DNA of 64,000 bases. Origin: Gaiellaceae bacterium. Its GTDB lineage: Bacteria; Actinomycetota; Thermoleophilia; Gaiellales; Gaiellaceae. The stretch's first letter is position 1. Each line of letters opens with the position of its first letter. The translations under genes were made by a program, and so were the position numbers. The DNA is taken from contig DASYAO010000147.1 of the NCBI GenBank assembly GCA_036501285.1, positions 1,545 through 65,544 on the forward strand, written 5' to 3'. Below are positions 54,601 through 63,600 of the stretch, one piece after another. The notes beneath the pieces are model-generated. The model searched no databases. It worked only from the letters and a program-made list of their open reading frames with translations, and was not told where the DNA came from.

Positions 54601-57600
54601 TGCCGTGGAACGCGGCCTTGAGCGCGGTCGCGAGATCGGTCCCGCTCGTATCCGCGGCGGGTGCGGAGAAGGTCAGCGCAGTGCCGCCCGCGGCCGGCGT
54701 CAGCGAGACCGTCCACTGCTCGCCGACGAGCGGGCTTCCGGGCAGCGCGAAGGTCTCGCTCGTCCACGGGACAGTGGGCACCTCGCCTGCGACGGGCGTG
54801 CCGGTGATCGTCGCGTAGCCCTGCGGCGCCGAGCCTGCGACCGAGAACGAAACCGGCGTACCGCCGAGGTTCGTCAGCACGATCGAGGTGCCGGAGGGCG
54901 TACCCCCGGCCGCAGCCGCGAGGCACATGGCAAGTCCGGTCAGCGATTCCCCGCCCGGGCCGACCAGGCACTGATGGGCGGTCGAGCCGACGGTGAGCGT
55001 CCAGACCTCACCCGGGTTGGCCGAGCCGGCCAGATCGACCTCGGCGCTCGTGAAGTCAACGGGCGTCGTGTTGTCGGACTGGAGCGGCTCGGTCGAGGTC
55101 GTGATCGTGTCGGCCGCGTGCGCGAGCTGGACGGCGCCCGAGACGGTCTGACCGATCAGGTTGAAGCCGAGCGTCGTGTTCGAGATGTTCAGGTCGGCTC
55201 CGGCGGGGCCCGCGTTCTGGACGGTGACGGTGTACCCCGACACCGGGCCGGTCTGGATCAGGTTCGCGAGCGCCTGGGCGACCGTGGCGAGCGTGTCGTT
55301 CGCGCCGGCCATGTACTGGTAATCGTGGTCGCGGAGACCGAGCGTCCAGATGTCGCCCGCGTGCACGGTGCCTGTGAGGTGCAGGCCGACCTGGGTATAG
55401 AACGGGCCGGTCGCGCCGGTCGAAGAGGAGACGCTCTCGCTCGTCGGGGTCAGCATGTCCTGCGTCACCTGGAACGAGAAGACGTCGAAGCTGCCGTCGC
55501 CGGAGCCCTGGATCTCGGCGTACGGCGTCTGCCAGTCGATCGTGCCGCCGAACTGCGCGTCGCCGGCGCTCGTGTTGAAGAAGTTGTAGAAGTCGGCGCC
55601 GTTCGGCTGGCCGTCCTGGCCGAGCGGCTCGATGCTCTGCGCCGTCCCGAGCGTGTTGTTCGTCGAGTTCGACTGCACCGGGGCAGGAGCGAAGACGAAT
55701 CCGGCGATCAGGTGTCCGGGCGCGGAGACCTGCAGCTGGTAGGTGACGCCGTTCGGGATCGCGTTGGCGTAGAGCCAGCCGGAAACCTCGATGTAGTACT
55801 CGCCCGGCGTCGAGAACGCGTACTGCAGGAAGTCGTCGAGCTCGCTGGCGCTGCCGCCCGCGCCCTGGGAGGTCAGCGAATGGCCGGCCCCCGAGGCGAT
55901 CAGCGTGCCGGTCGAGTCGTAGAGCAGCAGGCGGCTCGCCCAGATCGGCGTGCCGTTCAGGAAGTACTGGCCGTTGTCGACGTCGAAGGTCGCCGGCGTA
56001 CCCGTCGCCTTGATCGCCGCGACCATCGCCGGCGTGACGTCGAACTTGTAGTAGTCGTTCGCGCCCGTTCCGGTCGCGTCGACGGTGATGTGCTGGACGT
56101 CGGTCGCGCCGAGGATGTTCGGATCGGGGTTCAGGCCCCACGTGCCGAGGTCGAGATCCTGGGCGGTCGAGATCGAGTCGTGGAAGTTGATCGAGTTGAT
56201 CTGCGACGTGCCGATCGTGCCGTTGAAGCAGTTGACCGGCGTCGTCGACACGGTGCAACCGGAGTTCGCCAGCTCTTCGACGAAGCCGTCGCCGACGACG
56301 ACGAACCCGGTCGGCTCGATCACGTTGGTCGAACCTGTCGGCTGGACGACGAGCACGTCGCCGGTCGTGTCGTCGGTGACCTCGACGTCCTCGGGAGAGA
56401 CGAGGGTCGAGCTGTTCGCGCCCGCGACCCACGAGTACAGAACCGCGGTTGCCGGGTTGAAGACGCTGCCCTTGTCGAGCGTGATCGTCCAGGTCTCGCC
56501 GATCGGCACGTTCTGATTCGCGTTCAGAGAGACGGCCAGGGTCAGCTTCGACCACGAGCTGCCGAGCGTCCCGAACACCGGCGCGCCGGCCGCTGTGCCG
56601 CCGTTCGGCTGGTAGGCGAGGGTCACCATCAGCTCGGTGTTGTCGCGCCGCTGGACGAGGATGTTGCTGCCAGAGGCTCTCGCGACATAGACGCCGCTCT
56701 GGGAGACGAGCTTGGCGAGGGCGGTCGCGATATCCGAGTTCATCAGCGTCGTCGTCTGCGACGGGCAGCTCTGCGTCGAGTCGAGGCACGGCGGGACGAC
56801 ATAGACGAACGGGGAGCCGTCGAGGTTGAGCGTCCAGGTGTCGCCCGTCGTCGGCGTGCCGGTGATCGGCGCCGTGACGGTGCCCTGATACGCGTGCGTC
56901 GACGCGTTCGAGTCGACCGTGAGCATCCCCGAGTCGCCGGCCGTCCAGGTGGCGTTGAACGCCGGTCCGGTCACGGTGACCTCGTTGCCCGAGACGCTCG
57001 TCTGGAACTGCCCGGTCGGGTCGCCCGCAACCGCGTTGGCGAGGCCGGATGCGACGTCGCCCGGCGTGACGCCGAGGAACGCGCCGCTGTCGGCCGGGTC
57101 GATCGCGTTCGAGATCCGCGAGAAGTGGATGCCCTTCACCGTCGAGCCCGGCGTCGCCCGGACGTAGACGAGCTGGATCATGTTCCAGGGGTGCGTGTCG
57201 TCGAAGGTGAGATCGACCACGGTGCCCCAGGTGAGGCCGTCGGCGGAGATCTGCGTGTCGCCGTCGCTCGTCGCCTCGAAGGTGACCGGCCCGACGGGCT
57301 GCTTCGTGAGGACGACGGCGTAGCTGTCGGATGCCGGCAGGAAACCGGGTTGGTTGGTCGAGACGCCTTCGGAAACGAGCAGCTGGTCTTCGACGCCGCC
57401 CTTGCCGGCGTTCGCGGTCGGGTCATACGGTGCGACGACGACGCTTGCCGTGTCGGCGTCGATCACGTCGACCGCGACGGTCTGCACAGGGATGCCGTCG
57501 TAGGGATCGCCGTCGACGGCGGTCGACCCTTCGACGACCGTGTGCTGGATCGTGACGCTGCGGTCGCCGGTGGCGACGCCGTCGGGTTTCGCCGCGACCG

Positions 57601-60600
57601 TCACGGTCACCGTCTGCGGCATGAACCAGTCGTCCGGCGTGAAGACCAGGGGCGTGCCGCCGAGCTGGCCGTTCAGGAAGATGTTCTGTACGCCTTCGAG
57701 CAGCTGGGACTGGCTCGGCGGCGTCGCGGACGCGGTCACGATCACGTTCTTCGTCGGCGCTTGCGTGAGCACGACCGTGTAGGTGTTGACGACGAGGCTC
57801 TGCAGGGTCGGAGAACCGTTCTCGAAGACCTGCAGCGGCGCGATCTGCGTGATGACGACGCCCGGCGCGTTCGCGTCTCCGACGTTCGCCGAGATGCCGG
57901 ACACCGTCGCGTTCGCGTATGCCGCAGCGTCCGCCGCCGACACGAGCTGTGTAATCAGGCCGCTGTGGCCGTTCAGGCTGTTGCTGACGACCGTGATCGG
58001 CTGGTCGGTGCCGGTGCCGCCGATATCGAAGGTGTCGCTGCCCTGGCCGCCGACGAGCTCGAGGTCGACCGTCGCGCTCGTGCTCTGGACGTAGAAGGTG
58101 TCGTTGCCGGCGCCGCCGTCGACGATCACCTTCTCGACGTTCGTGAAGCTCACGTTGAGGCCGGCGCCGAAGATGCCCTGGTCGGTGATGACGAACGTGT
58201 CGCCGAAGTCGGTGCCGATGACGACGATCGTGTCGAAGCCGCCGCCGCCGTCGATGTGCACGGGGGCGTCGACCGTGTAGCTGATGAAGTCGTTGCCGGT
58301 GCCGCCGTTGATGTTCGTGAACGGCGCGTCCGGATCGTTCGGGTTGACCTTGACGAACGCCTGAACCGTGAACGTGTCGTCGCCGTCCTGGCCGTAGAGG
58401 AAGACGTTCGCGAGGTTGTGGTAGACGGTGAACGTGTCGTCGCCGTTGCCGCCGTAGATCGTCGTGGCGAAGCTGACTCCGTTCGACAGGAAGCCGTCGG
58501 TGGTCTGCGTCGTGGCGAAGTAGTCGGCAGGCAGAAGGCCGTTCTCCGGGTTCGTCCCGTCACGTGCCGAGGCGTAGAGCTGGGCGACCTGGAAGTTGTC
58601 GTTGCCGTCGCCACCGAAGACCGTCGTCGGCACGAGGTTGTCGTCGAGCAGGAAGTTGTCGGTCGCGATGCCACCGAAGACTGTCAGGCCGCCGTTCAGC
58701 GAGCCGTCGTAGTTCACGCGCTCGACGACGCCGGTCAGGATCGGCTGGCCGTTCGCGTCCGTCCCGAACGCCGCGACCATGCCCGTGCCGGCAGCCTGGT
58801 TCGCACGGAAGAGGTAGTACGTCGGCGCGTTCGTCCCGAAGATCTCGAGCTGGTTCACGTCGCTCGTCGTGATCACGTCGGAGACGTTGATCACGGTCTG
58901 CGCGACTCCCGTCGAACCGGCCTCGCCGGTCAACCCGATCTCGTACAGGTCGCTGCCGGTGCCGCCCTGCAAGTTGAGCGTGCCGCCGATGCCGTTGACG
59001 AACGTCTCGTTGCCCGACTGGTCGTAGTTGACCGCGATCAGGTCGTTGCCGTTCCCGCCCTGGATCGTCGCAGTGCCGCCCGTCGAGCGGATGTAGATCG
59101 TGTCGTCGTAGTTGTTCAGCACCGGCGTCTGATCGCCGCCGTAGACGTTGAGGACGCTGCCGACGGGCGTCGAGTCGACGTAGAAGTTGTTCTCGCCGTC
59201 ACTCAGGCGCACGGTCAGGTTCTTGAAGTTCGAGTAGGAGATGCCGGCGGCATCCATGCCGAGCCCGAAGACGCTGCTCTCGTACAGCTGGCCCGCGCGC
59301 GTGCCCGTCTGCGGCGTCAAGTCGTTGCGGTCGTAGAGCTCGAGCGTGTTGTTGCCGCCGGGGCCGCCGTTCAGGCTCAGCAGGCCGCCGCCCTGGATGC
59401 CGTTGAGGGTGCTTCCCACCTTCGGGTCGGAGCCGGCGAGGAACGCCGTCGTCGAGCCGATGCGCACGTCGTTCGTGCCGCCCTGCGCGTTGACGTTGGT
59501 GGTGAACCCGATCGACTGGACCTCGACGTCGTCGTCGCCGCCGCCGGTGTTCACCGTCGTCGTCGTCCCGCTCGCGGTGCTCTCGACGATGAAGGTGTTG
59601 CCGGCGTTGCCGAGGTTCACCGTCAGCGTCTGGAGGCCGCTGTAGTCGAGCATCGAGGTGGGCGAGCCGAAGATGCCGCCGAGCTGGGAGCTCGAGAGGG
59701 CGCCGAAGTTCGACGCCGGATCGGTCGTGTCGTCGACCAGCACGGTCTCGGCGTCGTTTGCGTTGCCGTTGACCGTCAGCGTCGAGTTGATCAGGTTCGC
59801 GTTGCCCTTGACGTTGCTGAACCCGAGCGGCGCCGGCCAGAAGCCCGCCTCGCTGCCGACGTAGACGGTGTCGGGGCCGGCGGTCGAGTCAATCGTCGTC
59901 GGGCCCTGGATCGACCGCACCGCTACCTCGTTGTCGCCGGTGCCCGTGACGACGGTGGTCGAGCCGGTGTGGGCGACGGTGTCGTCGATCGTCGTCTGAT
60001 CGGCGCCGTTGCCGAGGTTGAGCGTGACTGAGCCGAGACCCCAGTAGACGATGTCGCCGGTCACGCCGCCTGCGCCGCTCGTCGACAGGCCGGTGATGGT
60101 CAGCTGGTCGACGGCCTGCGTCTGCTGCACCGGATCGGCGTTCGTGTAGTCGACCTGCTGGCCGCCCGTGTAGAGGATCGGCTCGCTCCCGAGGGTCAGG
60201 TCCGGCGCCCCGGCTGCGTACGTGACCTCGGTGCAGGTGTTGCCCGTGCACGTGTAGTCGGGCTCACCGCGAGCGTGGAGGACCGGGCCGGTGTAGGTGA
60301 CGGTGATGCTCTCGCCGAAGCTCGCGCTGTTCTTGAGTGCTGACTGCGTCGGGTTGAGCACGAGCGTCGTGCCGTTCGCGCCGCCGATCGTGAAATCGGT
60401 GCCCAGCGTCAGCTTCGTCGTGCCGATGAAGACCTGCAGCGTGCCGGCCGCAGGCTTCTCGTTCAGCGTGATCGTCTGCGTGACCGGCTGCGTGGTGCCC
60501 TTCGGCGGGTTCCAGTAGAAGCTCTCGCGCACGGTCTGCGTCGTCTGCGCCGGCGTGTAGACGATCACGTTGCCCTTCGTGTCGAACTGAAGCGCGGAGC

Positions 60601-63600
60601 CGGCGCCGAGGATCGGCTGGCCGGCGACGACCGCCTCGCTGCCGCCGTAGAGCACGATGTCGCCCGCCGCATGCGTCGCCGCGCGCTCGATCTCGAGCTT
60701 CACGGTGACCGTGTTGCACGTCTTGTCGGCGATGCAGGCCGCCGTGACGCCGGCGCCGAGCGTGACCGTGCCGGCGCTCGCGTCGAACGAGTAGTCGTTC
60801 GGGTCATTCGGCAGGAGGTAGATGTTCGTGCCGTCGTAGACGAGCACGAAGACCTGGTCGTCGGCCTCGAGCGTCTGGTTGCCGGTCAGCGTCAGGACTG
60901 CGCCCGCGAGGCTCGTCAGCGTGAAGGACGGTGCGGTGAACGACGAGGCGCCGATCGCGACGAACGAGCCGTCCGCCTGCTCGAGGTCGTAGACCTGCTG
61001 GCCACGGTCTGCGATCTCGGCCTGGCCGGGCTGGAACGTGAACGGCGTGTTGCCCGTGTAGACCGGGTTGCCGTTCTCGTCGACGACCGGCTCGCCGCCG
61101 AGCTCCTCGACGTTCGCTCCGCGCTGCTCGACGACCGTGTCGCAGGCCGTGTGCAGCATCGGAGCCGTCGTCGTGTACGTGATGATGTTGCCGTTCGGGT
61201 CGAGCAGCGGCCGGCACGTGAACAGGTCGACCTCGGGATCGCCGATCGTGTGGAGCATCGGCTGACCGGTGAGCGGGTCGAGCACGGGCTCGCCGCCGAA
61301 GTAGTGCTCGGCCGTCATCGTCTCGCTGCCGCCCGGCAGGCCGTCGGAGTTCAGCACGGGCCGGCCGTTCTGAAGCGTGTCGACCGGAATCGTGTAGCTC
61401 GTCAGGTTCGCCGAGATGTCGTCCGCCGAGCCCGTGTCGTCGATGATCAGCTTGTCCTGGCCCGAGGTCACGCTCGAGATCGAGTCCGCGGTCTGCAGGA
61501 ACGGCTTCAGCTGCGACTCGAAGATCGGCACGAGCGAGACCGAGTTGGTCGGGAAGATCCGGTTCAGCGGATCCGGGGTCGAGGGGTCCGCGGTCTCGCG
61601 GCCGGACGGGTCGATGAAGAGCTTGCTCGGGTTGTCGGCCGGGGTGAAGTCGGTCGTGTAGGCCTTCGTGTTGATCGCGCGCACCTGCACCTCGTCGATC
61701 CCCCACGTCACGTCGTCGTTGTTCAGCTGGCCGACGAAGCCGAGTGTCTCGCTCGACGTCTGCGCCATGAACTGGAAGCTGTACGAATGCCAGCTCGTGT
61801 CGTTCACCGGCTTGTTGAAGCCGTGGACGAGGTCGGTCGAGTTGAAGGTCGGCGTTGCCGAGGCGCTCAGGTAGACGCCGAGCGTGACGTTGTTCGCATC
61901 GCCGTACTGCGACAGGAGGTTCGCGTACGAGAAGTCGACCTGGTAGATCGCGCCCGGCACGAGCCCGGTGATCGTCTGGCTCATCGTCGGCGTCGCGCCC
62001 GGGAAGTTGTCGAGGAGGTAATAAGCGCTCCCGCTCACGCCGCCTGTCGACTGCCAGCCGCCGGCAGCGGCGATGACCGATGTCGTCCAGCCGCCGCCGT
62101 TCGTGCCGCCGCCGGTGCCGTTGGCCGGCACCTGAGTCGCGAAGTTGCCGTCGGCGAGCAGGTTTGCGCCCATCGACTGGAAGACCTGGTCGAACGCCGG
62201 GTCGACGTACACCTGCTGAGCGCCCGTCGCGCCCTTTGTCGACGGCAGGATCACCGGCAGGTTTGCGACGTGCGTCGTCGGGTCGGTCGCGAGCGTCGTC
62301 TCGTTGCCCTTGGTGTCCATGTAGATGTTGACCGCGCCCGTCGCGCCGAACGCCAGCAGCCTGATGTCCTGGACACCGGTCGACGGGTCGGTCGTGACGT
62401 TCCCGAGCGTGTCGATGTAGAGCGGCGTCGACCCGTTCGTCGTCGAGATGTCTTCGATCGCGATCGGCGGCTTGGTCGTCGTCGGATTGCCGTTCGCGTC
62501 GAGGTAGAGCGGCACGGCCCCGGTCGGCGGGTTGGACGTGAACACCTGGATGTCCTGGATCCCGGTCGCGTTGCTCGTCGTCGGCTTGCCGCCAGCGTCG
62601 AGGTAGAGCAGAACGGCGCCCGTCGTGCCCGCGGGCTCGACCAGGATGTCCTGGGTGCCGGTGTTCAGGATCGTCGGATTGCCGGCGCCGTCGAGGAAGA
62701 GCGGCACCGCATTCGGAGTGCCGGAGGACACGATCGTGATCGTTCCGTCGCCCGCCTGAATCCCGTACTGCTGGATGCCCGACAGCTGGATGCCGAGGAG
62801 CTGCTCGCCGACGACCTGCTGGCCCTGCTGCTGCACGCCGTACTCCGGCACGCCCTCCTGCTGGACGTTGACCTGGACGAGATTGCCGCTGCCGACGGCG
62901 AATGTGATCGTGCGCGTCGTGTCCTTGCCGCCGTTGGTGGCGTCGGTCGCGGTGCTCGAGAAGGTGAGCGTGCTCAGCACTTGCTCGTAGGCGGCAAGCG
63001 ACGCGATGCCGGAGAGCTCGAGCGAGCCGCCGTTGTAGGTCTTCCCGATCGGAACGCCGGGCGCGATCGTCACGTCGAGGACGTCGCCGGCGAGGAAGCC
63101 GTCGGTGATGCTGACGTTGGCGCCGCCGATCGTGCCGCTGACCGGATCGGCGATCGTGACACCGGCTCCGATGGTGATCGTCCCCGGCGTCGCGGTGATC
63201 CCGGTGAGCTTCGTCGAGTTGCCGCCGGCGGCGACGGCGATCGACGCCTCGTCGACGACGCCGGCCTCGACGTCGATCGTGCCGTTGGGCTCGTTCGGGT
63301 CGGTGCAGGTCGTGCCGACGATGCAGAGGATCGGAACGAAGTTGCCCTGGTAGTACGGCTGCCCGTCCGGTGACGTTCCGAGCTGCTGGCCCTGGACGAC
63401 GAGGATCGCGTTGCTCGGGTTCAGGAAGAAGTTGACGAGCGTCTTCTGCGGGTCGGGTAGAGCCGCGATGCCCTGCTGGGTGAGCGCCGGCGAGTTGGTC
63501 GTGAGCGCGTCGGCGCCGTCGATCGTGAGACGGCTCAGGATCCCGCTCAGGTCGGCCGCGCTCGACGAGACGGTCGTCGTGTCGGTACCGGCGCCGCCGA

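Noticed and set aside
53990-60031. 2,013-aa plus-strand ORF (plus many other long plus-strand ORFs between 40 and 64 kb, for example 44411..46168, 48059..50185 and 60671..63373)
   Set aside because: They are antisense to the giant minus-strand gene. The translations are Arg/Ala/Gly/Asp/Val-rich strings without motifs. Stop-free antisense frames are expected when the sense strand uses GNC/ACC/GTC-type codons in a genome of about 70% GC.
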